DNA from: Ptychomitrium polyphyllum
Taxonomy: Eukaryota
Length of the DNA: 64,000 bases
Direction: 5' to 3'
NCBI GenBank assembly: GCA_973851085.1
Contig: OZ316776.1
Location: 3,100,001-3,164,000 of the forward strand
Shown in pieces: positions 45,393 through 61,379 of this stretch (within the stretch, counting starts at the first letter, position 1; each line of letters opens with the position of its first letter). The position numbers and the translations under genes were made by a program. The notes under the pieces were generated by a model. That model was not told where the DNA came from, did no database searches, and saw only the letters and a list, made by a program, of their open reading frames with translations.

Positions 45393-47890
45393 TAACTCAT
45401 ATTGTTACGTGTATATTAGAAACCTGCCACTGTAAAGTTCACTGTAATGTGAGTAACGCTACAAATTATCCATATAAAGACTATACGTGCATTTTCTATG
45501 TAGAAAATTGAACTTAACATGTTCAGCAACTTGTAACTCTTCCAGAAAGACCATCTACTACAACGTCTTCTACCACAGATCCATCATGGCAAGGCTATCA
45601 AAGATGGAGGTTTCGCCACAGTTCTATTATGGAATGAAACTCAAATGTGGCCATCAAACAGTGAAAGGAGGAGGGCAGAAAAGCGTGCTAGCACTGTTCA
45701 GTGCTTACCGTGTCAACTGAAGATAAATTGTCGAACTTGTGCGTAGATTTCTATTTCTGTTACAATTACAAGATGATGAACTTCATACATTCTAGCAGTG
45801 ATGAGAGACTTGGTATCTGGTTGTTGAACAGGGCAGTATATCTACATTGCACTTTACAATTAGTTTCTGCTTAAGGATAATAGTTCTAGAGAAGTGAGGG
45901 TAGTGAAATACACTTGTATTTGGCCTCTGGCTTTCATTGCTGGTTCTTGTTGCAGGTTGTATATCTGCACCATCATCAGTCTGAAGTTTGCAAGAGAACT
46001 TTTGACTTTTATGTACCATTAAAAATTTCCATTCCATACAATGCATTGGAATGCTTTTGTTTGTCCGTTGCCAACATACGCAGCGTTCACCTACCAGAAA
46101 TCTGGAAGGGCTAAGTCTATTGTCCAGATTGGTATAATATATAAAGCTGTTAGATAAAGCCAACTTAGCCACTAATTAGGTAGGTGGAGTTTTTATTTTT
46201 TGGTATTAAATTTAATTTTTTAAGACACAAAGATAACAAAAGTTTAAGTCAACCGGAATCTGGGCATGTAGTTTTTTTATCCCAGTTTCTCACTTTAATT
46301 TCACTTTAACAAACTAAGATGCCAATTCTATAAATCAAAGCATATAGAATGAGGGGATGAATTGATTGGGATAAGCCTGATTAAATGACTTACTTAATCG
46401 TATAAGCAATCGTATGTAAAGTGATGTGGAATTTTATTATGATTTTTATTTTTATTTTTAATATTTTCATTCATATCTTGAGTTATAAAAACATAGAGGA
46501 CTAAAATGATCTTTTAAATTGGAACTGCAAATATTAAATCCTTTTTTCTGTAACACATTCTATGACTTTATAAATCCATGCAGTTTAAACTGATTATCAA
46601 AAGTATATTTGCATTGTGAAACAACTTCACAACATTTTTCTTTATACCAGTTAACTAACACTTTTCTATCCTTAGTCCTTTTGAATATAATTTGAATATA
46701 AATTGTTTTGTTCCTTTAGCTAATCCTATTTACCGTATTTAGACAATTGGTGTTTTACTTATTAAACATGAATTTTTAGTTTGGTAATATTTTAGTGGAT
46801 GTAAAGTATTACTATCAACAAGATTTTGATTAACAAAAATGAGGATCTTAAATAGTTATGCATACAAGATTGACTAGTGTACTGATTTTTCATCCTCACT
46901 GAATTCCATAATCCCTTCTTTTATTGAATAATATGTTTTAGCTTTGAAGTTTCTTTGAAGTTGTTTTTCAATCTTTTATAATCACTACCTTTTGAGGCAT
47001 ACAGTCACATAATCGTCTTCTAAAATATTTTTAAACTACAAATTCCCTTGTGTAACAATATCTCTAATTCAATCTTCTTTAGTTTGAAAAGATGTCTTGT
47101 TTATTTACAATTCTATTTCATTGGAAATATTCCAATAAAATGATTGGAAAAACAAGAGCATAGTTGCAAGGTTTACATAAATACTATGACTAAAGACTTA
47201 TCATTTTAGAAACATTCATGATTCCTCCAACCAATAATCTAAAATTGCATGAAATTGATGTGAAATAATGTTACAAACAACAAACAAAATACACTCACAA
47301 TTTTCATAATTGTCACATAAATGACAATCATAAAGTTGCAAAGTGCATCACATCAGAACTCACATTGCAAAATTTGAACTTGAGAGACAGAAGATCATTT
47401 CATGTCCTATGCAACTTAATGCTGTTTGCATGGGTTTGCCCCAAACGTATTCACTTTATAAATGCGCTGAATAGGAAGAATGTACACAACAAGCCTCATG
47501 TACCAATAGCCTTATGACAGTCACATTTCTGAACCTGTTCGAATGAGTCCTCTCTATGTCAACTTGAAACACCTACAGTACCTAGAAGGCTCCATATTCA
47601 AGGTGTTGCCACTGCTCATGTGTACTACATTCCCTGGTGATTTGCTACGATTTGATAAGGGTAGTTCATGGCCCTTGGCTTATTCTTTTACGAGAGCTCC
47701 CGCTCTGTCTCTGACCTCATTGCTGTCAACCAAAGACGGCGGAATTAAGCTAGTAATTTGCTGTGACTATAGTACACGTGAGCATGATCATATGATCACG
47801 AACCTCTCTACCTCGTACATAGTTAATCGATTGGCTGGTCCATATTCTTATTCCTGTTGTACATGCTTTGAAAAGAAACTACTGTAGAAT

Positions 47891-50800
47891 TCACTGGACA
47901 AGGCTAGATGACAAGCTGAATCGGCTTTCAAGATGGTGAAGTAGATCAATGCCACTGTGGTCTAAACTGCTGCGTGAGATCAAGTCGTCATCCACTCCGA
48001 GCATTGCGAGGGCCAGGTGAGTCTGAATTTCGGTGGTCGATCTGCCAAAAGCGGGAGTTTCTTCGACGTGGAAATCACCTTCCTCCAGGTCTTCCTCTGA
48101 GGAGTCCATGCTCGTGCTCTCCTCACTCTCAAACCTTGCACGGATGTTTTGAAGCCTACCATGACTACTACAAAGAATTTGCAGCACCTGTACAATATCA
48201 TGTGTAATCAGAAGACGAAGCTCGATAGAGCCATTTACTTGCAAAGAGCCCGAGCAATATTGTTGTTTACTACAAATGTCTCGGAGAACCCAGAGGATGT
48301 GTAATTATCAACTTGAGTAATGTGGAATTTAAGTTAGGTTGGGTGCATACCCGACTCATCTGTGGCCTGCGTCGAGGGGATTGTTGTACACAAAGAGATG
48401 CAGCAAGCAGCATCCTTTTCATCTGACCCACGTCAAAAGCGCCCTCCAGTCGTGAATCCACCAGCATTTCCAAGTTTTTTTCCTCCAACAGAGGCCTTGC
48501 CTGTCGAGGAACAACGGGACAGTTATTTTGAAAGCCTTCCTGAATGAGAAGTGTAGTTTCCTTTAAGAGAATACAACCACATGAACCTTGATTAGGTCGG
48601 CCTCACATGATTACCAATATTTAGCCTATGAGTCGTGATCTGTTATCAATACATTACAGTTCTTTTCCTCCTTCAGAGATTGAGATGTATAAAACGTTTG
48701 TACTTACCCAGTTCACGAGATTTTCCTGGCCTTTGGGCTTAGTAATATCAACCGGTGTCCGGCCAGTGATGAGCTCAAGTAGTACAACGCCAAACGCATA
48801 GACGTCGGTCTTGTTGTTCACCCTCCCATACATGAAGTACTCAGGTGCCAAATATCTGCAAGAAAGACCCAATGTAAGGAAGCCAGAATTTGTGAAGGTC
48901 TGAATCAAATTCTTAAAAAAAGCAAGCCCTAATAAATTATTAACTGCAAATGGAGGCCAGCTGTAAGTACCCGAATGTGCCAAGAATATCGTTGCATAGT
49001 ATGTATGGTGCCTTTTTAGGAGCCCACTTTGCAAGCCCGAAATCCGACAACTGCAAAAGGCGGAACATTGAGTCAACCCTCAGATAAAATCAGAAACTTT
49101 TGCGGTAGGAAGTATACAAATTTAAAATTAGAAGTCAACATCTTAGAATTCTCAGTAACCCAGTAATAATGAAACAGCAAAAATAAAGGAGAAACGCAGA
49201 GAAAAGTAACCTGGGATTCAAAGTCGGAGGTGAGAAGTATGTTGGAAGATTTCACATCTCTGTGAACAACAGGACGGGAGGTCCCATGATGAAGGTAATC
49301 CAATGCTTTGGCTGTGCCCACTGCCACTTTAAACCGCACACACCATGGTAGAACAGGTGGTTTCGTTCCAAATCCTACAAAAGCCACAAAACAAGTGGTG
49401 TTCATTACTAGGTAGGCTTTCAGCATACTCTCAGCAGCATAATTTCAGCAAAGACATCGACACAAATCTCCCTCACACCAATCATTCTTTCAAGAGAAAT
49501 GTCACGCTCTCCGTAGCATTATTTGCTGTACTCTCCCATGGATCGCAGAATCACGAAGCAAAACCTTGAGTTCTAAGTGAAACTTGGTAGATAATTTTCA
49601 GATAAGATCCTAATACAAGTACTAAAAGAATAATGAATAAGTAACCAAGAGAGGGTAGACGCCTCACCATGAAGATGGTCTTCAAGATTTCCTTCCGGAA
49701 GATAGTCGTATACGAGAAACAAATGTGATGAGTCGACACAATAACCGAGAAGGGGCACGATGTGAGGATGTGAAAGTGATATGTTGATGCCGACGTCATT
49801 CAAAAGCTCCTCCTCTGCTCGTGGGCCACAATTCAAGCGTTTCACCGCCACCAATCTTCCTGTAGGCATCTTCCCTTTATAAACTTGACTACCACCTCCA
49901 CGCCCCACCACATTACCTGCGCAAAATAGAACTCTTTTTAATCATGTGGCTAAACAAGTTACTACAAGAATAAGAGCTCAAACAATTCTTGCACTTGCAG
50001 GATGTATCATATTCGTGGGACTTACTTGACGAGAAATTGGATGTCCCAGCTTCAAGCTCCTCATACAAGAAAGTGATGCACTTCCGATCCGAGCATAGTA
50101 AGTCCAAGTTTTGAGCCAGAGACGCATGGCCTCCTTCAGGGACATCCCTAGACTTGGTTATGTTCAGTGAGAAATCCTCATTTTTATCGGCCATGTCGAA
50201 GTCAGTAGAGCCAGCTTCAACAGTGGGTTGTGAACTCATCTCCTCCATTACATGATCACTGCTACCTCTGAAAGCATCCAGAGCTATCTCTTGTAGTAGT
50301 TCTGTGTAAACCTCTTCGGCGAACGTCATTGATGTTGGCGATTTTGGAGGCTCCTTGCTTCGACTTGGCAGTCTAAAAGCCCAGTCAACAATTGACATCT
50401 GACGATTCAATTGATTCGTACAAATTTTTTTCGACGAGAAAATACGATGTAGAGGACTTCGAGGAGGCTTCACCTTGTCTGGGGTAGGATTCTGTAGTAA
50501 ACTTGCAGCAAACTTCTCCTCTAAAGAAAGAGGGTGTGGTGAGTTTGGAGCAGACTTTCCGTCAATAGCAAGAGGGTGTAGTGGACTTGGAGAAGACGGT
50601 TCTTTCACTGAACTAGGACGGCTTGGTAAACTTATGCTCCGCCTTTCTGTGTCAAAACCAATTGAATGATGCATAAGGGGCCATCCTGGAATAAGCAGGT
50701 CTTCAGATTCATAGTCTAGTATTGATTCTGATACCCTTGGAGTCTGGAGGTCCCCGAAATTAGAACTAGAAAAACGATGTAAATATTGGGATTTGGCTGG

Positions 50801-53747
50801 TGAAGATGGCTGGATATCATTCTGGTCTTCGAGCATGAACATATCAGCCCTCTCTATTTCAACTTTCGGACTCGACATTACTGATGCGAGATTAAACCCC
50901 TGAAATGAATACCTAAAGTCCTGAAACAGGGGTGAATCAGAGAAGTAGCATCTCCCAAGATCAGTGCTGTCGTCCGTGTATTCAAGGCCTTGTTCACTAC
51001 AGCATAGCTCCATATGTACAGCTTCACTAGGTCTCGCCGGATCATCAGGACGTTCATTAGTCTTCTTGCTACTCCTTCCAAAACTCTTAAGACTCCTCCG
51101 TAAAGTTTTAATCATCCCTTCACCTGTATCTATACCAAGCAAAGAATATAAGCTTACACAGTCTACTTCATAGATCAAGCCAAACTGACATTGTTTCGGG
51201 CTTAATCGCCTTGATGAGCAAAACTTCATAACACATACTGGCATAGATTATGCCTGCTACGCTTGCTGGACAAGTGAGCATTGAAATTGGGACAGAGGAG
51301 GAGCATTTACTTGTACGAAGCCTTCCTTGGTCGTTGAGTATGATTTCACCGCGCTCGAGAACGAGAACTGTGCATGTGTTGGGCAGGCGCCTCAAACAGT
51401 ATTTACCAAGCGATTTGTTCCTCCTGAATGATAGAATGCAGGGTCAGGAGGGGTACACATGGTGACAGGTATCCAACAAAATGAGTTTAAAGTTGGAAAA
51501 TTGGATAGAACGTAAAACTCATCAAGGAAGGTTAACTAGTTGCATAATCAAAGGTTTTGGCAGGCCTGCTAAATTCTAAGGCAACCACTGTCGTAAACAA
51601 GCAAACGAGCAAACAAGCATGACGGCCAACCTAACAGTGATATGCTTGTTGGAGCCCAGAACTAGCGTGCAACTCCCGTGACTCCTTGCATAATCAACCA
51701 AAACCTTTTTGCACTCGACTCCTGGAAGGATTTCTACCTCCAATTTTATCTATGGAATGTTAAAATCATCAGATTAGAAAAGCTGGTGCAAATTTGTCTT
51801 GAACCTAAAATCAAGAATAGCAGTCCACAATAGCAAAGTGGTTCAAGAACGGCTACTTTACTTTGATCAAACGACGATTACACATTAGACAAGATTAAAA
51901 ACGCCAACTGCGTAAACCAGTCAATACAATTCAATAGTGTGCTTACAGTTGCAGCTATAAGAAAATTTGCAAGAAAGGTATGAAGGACACACTTGTTTCA
52001 GATTGCAAAGGTCTTCATATACATCAAGAAATCCTCCGAGGATATCAGCAAGTTGCTCGAAGTATTCCTCGTGCTCACAGAATGAAGTCACTGTCAGCAG
52101 ACGTCGTATTCAACGAGGAATCAGCTTCACAGTTCATTCAGTTCCAGCTGCGGATTAGACAGCCTCCAAAACCACAGAACAACGAAACGCACTCATGTAG
52201 ACGAAGCAATTCCTTTTTGCATTTGGAGACTCTTTCACGGAGCATCCAGAGGTTATGATTGAGTAACGCAGTGCCGTTAACCCTTCTAAGGCAGTAACGT
52301 GACAGCGCCCAAGATGATCAACCTTCAAGAAAGGATTACCAGTGTTTATCTAATGCTAGTCACTCAAAAAGCGAGAATTAGGAAATCAAATTTAAAAACC
52401 GACTCACATATGTTCGCATTTCCCTCTTTCACGAATATTAACACTAATGAGAGTCGAGATAACAGCAGAAGAACGCCTACTATCTAGTCAGCCTATATTC
52501 CAGTTCTTAAGCAGCAATCTCTCCATCGGATTAAGTTATGTGGCCATAGACACAACACATAATCAATTGCGGGAACAGTTCAAATCCTTCTCAGTGTCCA
52601 ACATTACTCTTGAAGAAGGATAATCAGCAGGCTTGGAAACGAAGAACATGCCTTCACGTGAGAATGAAAAGGAGAACAATAAGAACAAGAGCTGTATTCT
52701 CACACGAGCTCCCCCTCTGCGCAATAGATGGCCTCCACCCGGTCCACTCCAATTGGCTCTACTATCCAAACCGCATCCGAGGTTCAGGAAACTCTCGCTC
52801 TAACGATTCAACGGAGAAAAGTGGTATCCATGCGAAGGTCGTGTAAAGGACCGCTATGTAAAAAAGTACTCGTAGAAATAATGCAACAATTGTTTATTAT
52901 GCCTTGCTACATGCCGTTCGGAATTTGGCATGTTTTCGTAAAGGTGGTAACTAAAGCACAAAAGATTTCAGCTCGGAGGGCTTACACAATCTCGCAGACA
53001 GCCTACTTCGACAAAAATAGAACATCGACCTAGCTGTCCAAAGGCCTATTCAAAGTCCTTTTTATTCTTTGTTTTTGTTACACGCCTTCGTGAACCTCCC
53101 GTAATAGCACAACAAAGACGTGCTCGCTTGTCACGTGCTGGTGGATCACTCCAAACTGCAAGCCTGGATGTTTTATAACAAGAGAATATAAAACAAGAGA
53201 ACACTATTTCCCGTTTGTTGGGACTGACAATCGCCATTTCCAACAAGCGTTTTCTCTTTCAAGCCAACTGGAGAATATTCTAGGACAGAAGAAGACGGTT
53301 CAAAAACCACTGAGCAGCGAAGGCTCGGTGGAGCCTTCACAGCCTTCTGTTTGATGTACAATAAAATCTAAGGAGAGCTATTTTTGGGAAAATTCCAGCT
53401 GCAGCCAATATGAACACGCAGGTGAAATTGTGAATTGCGCCCATACCTGAATGCGTATGGCAAGACTCTGGGCCTGGGGAGACGTGAAACACCATGATGT
53501 GATCTCCAGGCATGGCGAGTTCAGTGAGAGTCCACTCCAGGACCGATTGGCAAAAGGCATTGAGCTTCATGGCCACCAGAAGCTTGCGTCCGCCCGGCGA
53601 CTGCAATCGGCTCTCCCCTGCCATGTCCTCCAGAAGCAGCTCCTCCTCCAACGTCTGCTGCAGCACCGACTCAGCCACCATCGCCCCGCAGTTCAATACC
53701 CTGCTGGGTGCTGGCGGCCTTGTTGAGTGAAGCGTTTCCACGCGCAT
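47891..53747 (-). CDS. Receptor-like cytoplasmic kinase with N-terminal universal stress protein (USP-like) domain
   Basis: Exons 53747-53447, 52090-51993, 51749-51631, 51423-51311, 51129 or 51123-50026, 49916-49668, 49374-49211, 49050-48971, 48855-48708, 48500-48351 and 48187-47891. USP-like RKLLVAM...LEWTL...[10 protein letters not shown] and DLCNLKQIKL. Kinase [38 protein letters not shown]. The start codon could instead be 53681. Confidence 0.9.
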
Positions 53748-55449
53748 TGTGTGTGTTTTCGAAGCTCGTTGTCTTCCGGAAACAGAAAATCTCTCGAGGC
53801 ATACCTTCTTGGTATGCTTTGTGCTTGACGTTTTCGCCGGTGACACCAGTGCTATTCTGTACCTGCACTGCTCTCGAGCTTCCCCTCCTCAATGTCGGAT
53901 TCGTTGAAGTCTTTGCAAATCTCTAAAAAGTTTGCGTGCAAGTCACAATTTAGTACGCTCTGTTACTACACCGTTCACCTATCGAACCAATCTGTCATCT
54001 TTTGCGATGATCCAAACTGTTCAGGCTAACAATTTGCGACCTGTTCTGTACTGAAATGCGCGCGTTTACCTCACTGTCGCAAGAACGTGATTTTCCCCAC
54101 TTGCAAACCAAGTAGGCCGTTTCTTTTCTTGCCAGACGCCATTGTGTCTATTTTTCCTTGGACATCCAAGAAGCAACGAACTGTCGAGTTGGCTGTTCAC
54201 AACACGAGCCTGACTGATCCTCAAGTTGAGCAACCAACTGCCATGGATCAAAAAGATGAATGAAATTCTTGATCCATTTCCAAACCTTAACAATTCAACT
54301 GATTCAACAATGAGCCCTTACAACGATTAAACAAGGAACCTATCAATCCTTCCGTGACACTCAAACTAATGCTTAAACTCGAACCACCGGTAGCTAGTCA
54401 CAGACAGCATAAGACATGCGACTGCGTCTGCTCCAATAAAAACACACTCTCTCCTACTCAATCATCATCAATACCCACTTCACCGATCAAGCATCGGAAT
54501 TGACCAGCTTCCAGCAATCAACCCATCATCCCAAGCAATCATTCAATTGAACGTCATGATCCTCTCTCGCATGCCAATAGTTTTCCTCTCTTCGACCAAA
54601 ACAGTTGGACAAAGTCAAGTTCTCTGCGTCCAGGTTCCGACCTGTGCCTCCATGTTCCAAGTTTTACCTCCCTCAAAGTCTGTCCTCCACTCTGATCATG
54701 AGATGCAATGATCAACCGCAACCAATTCAAGCTCAATTACATGCAACAGCACTATCTTGAGCAACCGAACGTTAAAATCACCTCTATCTTCTGACTGTGA
54801 GTTCCAAGGTTCAACCTTTGGCGATGAAAATCTTCAACATCATAAGTTTCTTCTTATGGGACCATGAAATCTTGCCCTCCTGCCATGGTCAGCTAGCTCA
54901 TGCAACGCTCACCTTCTCTTCACTTGCGGAACGGTACACAACGCCGATACTTTCCATGCATAATCTAGATTCAGAAACCAAACATGTACGCGCTTAGTAG
55001 ATATTAAAGGCTTCTGGTGTAATGACGTTTTTAGGTCTATCATTCTATAGGGGAAGAGGACGACAGCCGTCATTATGGCCACCCTCCGCCTCCACCTCTA
55101 GATGAATGTGGCGACAGAAGATAGTTAAGAATGAACGAAGTATGTGGGAAACTGAACGATTCTTTTGCGTATGCAGAAGTGACCAGCTATCTGTGGTATT
55201 TCTAGATCTTTTATTCTAAATAGTACGCAAGAGAAGCATACTTACGCCAGACATTAAAGTTTATAAATAAACTACATTGAGTGAGTGATTTAATTTTCTT
55301 GCATTAAGGATATATGCTCCAATTGCGTGGCTGAAAGTCTTTTTCATTGGAGTTTATGTTCCAATTATAAACACAAAAACGATGTGAAATGGAGAGCTTG
55401 AGTAAGAAAAGATATGACTTCACAAATAACTCTATTATCTTTCATCTTC

Positions 55450-58400
55450 TATATGCCCGTGAAGGTTAGTGTTTGTTTTAGGTATAATGACGGTTTTGGG
55501 TGTGTCTTCTTTACCGGCGAACTACTGCTGTCATCACGGACAGTCCCTGCATCCACTTCTGGATGAATGGGGCGACCGTAGGTGGGTTGGATGGATGAAT
55601 TCGGTTGGATATTGATCGATTCTGTGATGATGAGAGTTTTGACCATATGTGGTGGGTGTCCCACTTGGGGCATGTCATGCCAACTTACTGTGCATTACTT
55701 GGGGAACATTTCTCGCAAGCCTTTCATGTTGTGTCAAATGAGGCCACCACCAGAGTATTGTGGGCTCTTTGTGATGGGGAAGAAATGCGGAATCAGATTT
55801 CAAGGCTTTGTGGACCTGGGCCTGGACTTGGGAAGGTTCTTTCAGTTGAAGCATGGAATGCTCTAAAGCTCCTAACAGTTAGGGACTTTGAAAACTGTTT
55901 CCCTATACAATCACCCATGACTATTACACAATAACCTATGTCCATTGCACAATCTCCCAAATCTAATAGTACTTCAGGCTAATTGAGATACGTGGATACT
56001 TATAAAATCACTGAACACCAATAGCAATTTGTGCATTTTGTATATGGCAACTGTAAAACTTCATAAAACTTCATAACTTCATAAAACTTTCATATGAACT
56101 GAAAAAAGTTGTGTTCTTATTTGATTGGTCCTCAAATTTTAAGGGCTATCCACTACACTACAATTTGTTTCAAAGAAAAGATCATTGTTTCACATATGCT
56201 AATTAGCTTAAATCAACGGCATTAGTACCCAATACCTTACTACCTGAGAATTGTGACCTCATCAGAATCTGTATGTATTGTACATGTAGTTATTTGTTGA
56301 TACTGAAGTTCAGTTTGCACAGAATACTACAAGTGCAAAAGGCTGGAAGTCCAGTAGCCTAATTTCTTCTGTAATTGGTTTGTGAGGACCTGTTAAGGAT
56401 AACTCCTCTGTAAATCTTTCTGGCCCACGCCTTGGTGGATTCTTGTCCCCTTGGGACAGGACTGGAGAAGTACAGGTGCATTTCAAAAAATATTATTTTT
56501 CATAATAAGCTTGGATTTGGTACTTAACCCTGTGACACCAGAACTCAGAAGTACTGATTCAAACTTGGCCTGGAATCTGGCATCCCAACAAGTTACACAT
56601 GGTGAAAAGTTTCAATTTCAATGATGGGGGAAGTTGATAGGTAGTGTATTTGCATAGCCAATGGCCAAAGTCATGTCATGTATCTTTGTTATGTTTGTGA
56701 TACCAAATTGCTATACAGTAATGGTAGGCTTATCAAATATTCCTGCAAATTGATAACAGAGCACCTACCACGTGATAGTGGCCAGAATTTGTAGACTCTA
56801 AGTGTTGGATTGTCCAATTTTTATATGTCTTGTTATAACCAAGATTCTGTCTGTTATAGTGCCCTTCTGTTACAGATGTTGCTGAAGGTACAATGTTGTG
56901 AGATCATTTTTGATATCATCAAACATCCCTTATGTATTCAAGGCTACAACTTGAATACACACATACAACTTGGTATACTTTTTCTTATAACAAATTTGAA
57001 CAGTGTTTTAGGGTCACCTCATACTTTTGCCATATTTAGAAATTCTCAGCAATGTGGTTGACCAAATCTTTTGAGTTCTACAATAAGACTTGGCAAGAGG
57101 ACAAGGTGTAAGGGGGAGATGCAATTTGAAGATAGATGGAAAAAATGAGTTGGCTACCTACATGATGATATTTATAATAGGAAAATCTACTCCTATTGAT
57201 TGTTTCAAGGAATATTATTAATATGATAATCCAAGAGTTGATCCACAAGAGAAAACTTTTCCAATCATTATTATTTTAACATCTTATCATTCCTTCCCAA
57301 GAACCATCCTTTGCCTAAGATACCCATGTCTCAGTTTTAAAAAAATTGTTTCTGCTGTTGTCTGCAGGCAAAGTGTAAGGCAGACCTCCATCTAGAGCTT
57401 TCAAACAGTTTCTCTATGGATCCATGAACATGGACTTTGGATTCAAATTTCTGTCTAGGGTACCAACTTTCATATAAGCCTCTCCATGAACTTGAATTTT
57501 GAAATTTGAATTTGTCACATCATAAGGAGACTAAAACTGTCACAGAAGGGGACTCACAACATATATTTGTATGCTTGATAGCGCACCTTAGAGCTAGAGG
57601 TGGAAGGTGAACAGTGTGATCCCTGTGAAATGACTTCAAGTTGTAGTTAATTACCTCCAACAAGAAATTACCACCACTCTTGCTGTCAACCTCTTCTGAA
57701 TTAGAGTCCTTTAAGATATTAGGACGAACGTAAGAAGTCACAATAAGTAGGTGAATTAATGTACAAATAGCTAAAGGACAGCCCAGAGGAGGAGCTCCAG
57801 CCAAGAATGCCCCACTAATCTAATCTAAGTGCCTCTTGAAGGTACTGTAGGATAGTGTTACTAAACAGGTCACTGTGACCTAGATAACATGTCGTAATTA
57901 TTCCCTCAGTCATCATAAATAAAAAAATAGAAAATTATTGTAGATTTTGTTTTTCCTCAAAAACATGATGATTTGAAACCTCAATCCTTCTCTCATGCAA
58001 TAATTTATCCATGATCTCACCTTCTTCACTTCAATTATGTTTGTGGTTGAAACACATATTTTAACAGTTTTAGAGATGTGTAATCTAACCAAACATTAAA
58101 GCCTAGTCCAGTATTCACTTTAACACTTTAACAAATTCTCTAGATTATAATGTATGACCTCCGAATTGCATCTATACACTCGGATTTACTTTTTTCTATC
58201 ACTGATAGTCTAAACACTTTTTGGAGCCTCCATTTCAAGAAAACACCAAACCTTTTTTATTTTTGAAAAGCATTGAGAACAGGTTCAAGATTCTCTTGAT
58301 GGGCTTCAACTGCAAAATCTATAACACTGGAAACCCTTGGAACTGTTTGAAACTTTTGAAACTTTTACCCACTACAGACCAAGGATTTTATTTTCAATCA

Positions 58401-58800
58401 TGATTCAGAATCTGGGTGGCTTGCACAGTACTGGGCTGCTGCCCATGAGAAGCTTGGAAATCTTCCGAATCTAATAACTGAGCTGAAAATGTCTTGGCTG
58501 CTCTGGACTGGAGCCCATCTACACAACTTACCCACATCACCATGTTCATATGGATCCCCTTTGCAGGGAAAAACAAGACATGAATCAGAAAAGACAGGCC
58601 ATACAGTTGATCGTTCCGTGATGATTGTACAGTTATATGGTTGAACTTCCACGTGGACACGGATGATCACCCAATATTGGAATCATACAAAGTTCACTAA
58701 GCTAGGCCTGCCGTCATTCTTTCATAGGCCTGCCACTATTGGCAAGTTTCAAGGATTTTTCAGATTTTTTTATCATCAACCCCCTCATAGTCATAAGTTG
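55450..58800. other. Degenerate, formerly coding-like sequence, probably a transposon relic; family not recognised
   Basis: GC-richer than the flanks, only short broken frames, no splice-consistent model and no diagnostic motif found. Confidence 0.2.
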
Positions 58801-61379
58801 CTTCTTCTTTGGATGGTTTTGAGGAAATTCATTGTGAAGCGTTGCTTGAAGGATTAGTGTCAAAGTTCATGTCGAAACAAAAGTTGTGGAACCTTATCCA
58901 TATGGTTGTATTCGACATTGATATTACAAGTAATTTTTTTTGAAATTTGAAGTATGAAATTCAAATTGCTTCTAGATTTGATTATTGGAGAAATATTAAC
59001 ATTCTTAGTAAAAGCTTTATAAGATGGGTTTGAATTACAAAACTTAGGATGCTGTGTTTTTATTTTTATTTTGAAACAACATTTTTTTATAATAATTATT
59101 ACTATTTTTATTTATATTGTTCAAATCCATGACCTCATTTTGGAAATAAAATTGATTCAAATTTGACTTGGTCAAATCTTCACATACTTCCATATTTATG
59201 GTTTAGTAAACTATTTATTTTAATAGTACCAAAACCAATCATTGGATGGAACAATAAGTTGATGATTTATCTTCAAAAAAAATTCAACAATGAGAATCCA
59301 TTGAGCTATTATTGGCCATATAAATATAATGAATACTAAACATGATCATATGATGGTTGTGTAGCATACTTCTTTAGACTACATAGACTTGCTTTGTGGT
59401 TGAAATGTAGTTATATATTTCTATTAGGCTTCTTTCTTTTGTATAATTGTAATTATATCACTTTTTATAAAAACAAGAAATTTTATGTTATGTGCATCTA
59501 TTTTGTATTTCTTAAAAATGATTTGATATTTAAATATGGTTCAAAATTGAAAAAGGATTCTAATGTGCTTGAGCATGCATTATTCGAACGTATTACAAAT
59601 ATATTATGATTTTTTTGGATATGAATATTTTACTATTTCATTCCTAGCATTATAATTTAGATAGTATTCATTCATACATCAATAACATTCATTTGTAAGA
59701 TCATTATGTGTTTATCTTTCAAAGTAAAGGATATATATATTTATGTTATTTCAAATGAAAAAAATAAAAATTCAATGGAATTTGGCTTGGATATAATCAA
59801 ATGTGTGTCATCATCATTATTTTTAAATGATATTTTTTTAGTTTTTATTAAAAATGTAACTAAATGTAAAAATTAATAAATAACCTACAAGTTATGAAGA
59901 GCTTCTATCAGTCAATTTTATGGAGAAAAAAGTTTTATGGAGAATTTAAACTAAATCCAAATAAATTATTTATAGGATATTTTTGGTATTTTTTGGTATT
60001 TTTTGTGAATGAGAAGATTATATTGAATTGTATATTAGAAATAAAAATAGATAATTTTTCATTAAGCATGATTCTCAACAAAAGAATCCATATTTAAAAA
60101 ATAGATTTTGAATGTATTGTATTAACCATCTTATTCTATACTTTTATTTTCTAAAATCAAATTAATCCTACAATAGAGATATTAATAGCCAAAATTTATG
60201 ATTTTTGAATTTTTTTACAAATATATAGGATTTTAAAGTATATCATATTTTTGTTACAAATTTTAAACTATGGAATAAACCACATGGATTCAATTAAAAT
60301 CTATACCAAAATTACAAACTACCTTTGTCGCTTGGTCAAATCACCGTATTTACAATGCTTTATTGCTTTCTTTAATTAAATAATTGTGCATTATAATTAA
60401 ATGAATCAAAATAACATTCTATTTTTTTTTCAAGTACTAATTTTTTTTAAGTGTTGTTTACAATTGGAGTATCTTTCCAAATACTTTATTACACAAGATA
60501 TTTAACATTTATCTATTTATTTAAATTCTTTTGCTAAAAAAATGTAGAGTTTTTATATAATAGGAAAATTCGAGCAAGCAAAGTTTAACAATTGAGAAAT
60601 GCTAAAGGTGCAGGTAATCCATCTAAATAATGATATATACAAGGTCATTTGCCTAAAGGATGGAGTGTTTCATCCAACAAAAAAAGATATGTTTTTACTT
60701 TTGAATTGAAGCTCAAGTTATCTAGCATGAATTGTTTATAGTCCTTTGGGGTTGATTCTTACAAGACTTAATTAGAAATAGATTTTATATTTTATGACCT
60801 TTGCAACTATTGCAGTTATACACAAATCATAATTTTATGTCTTTCTTTCATCTAAAATTTCAAAATCATTGATTTAATTATAAAATTATAATGATTTTTT
60901 GAAGTGAAACAGTTAAAAAAATCTTATAAATTGCACAACATACTCAGAGTACAAAAACGTTCCAAAGATGTAAATTGCAATGAGAATTAAAGTAAATTAA
61001 TTTGTTTGTTATGAACTAAAACCATGTTCTAACATTTGAATTTTGATAAGAAAAGCCTAAAATCATAGAAAATAACAAGGGAACCACAATAACATCTTTC
61101 AATTTTAGTAAAGTTCTAATATTTCAAACTGGATCAGAAATTGGAACTGATAAGATACATTTTATAAGTTGATTCCAAATGCAAAAAGAAATCATCTCAA
61201 TAATTGAAATTGCGTTTCAATAGTGAAAAAAGTGAATTGTTTGAATACACTATACAATAGAATATCTCTTTTGGCTCCAACAAGCCATCAAAAACCATGT
61301 GCACAATATTTCAAGAAGATATCCCTGCCACTTAATGTTTTCATCACCAATGTAAACAAAAAAGAATTGTTGAAGGAAA

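Noticed and set aside
56400..56470. LSQGDKNPP as a reverse-transcriptase QG motif
   Set aside because: No YxDD or other RT motif at the expected spacing; cannot be supported.
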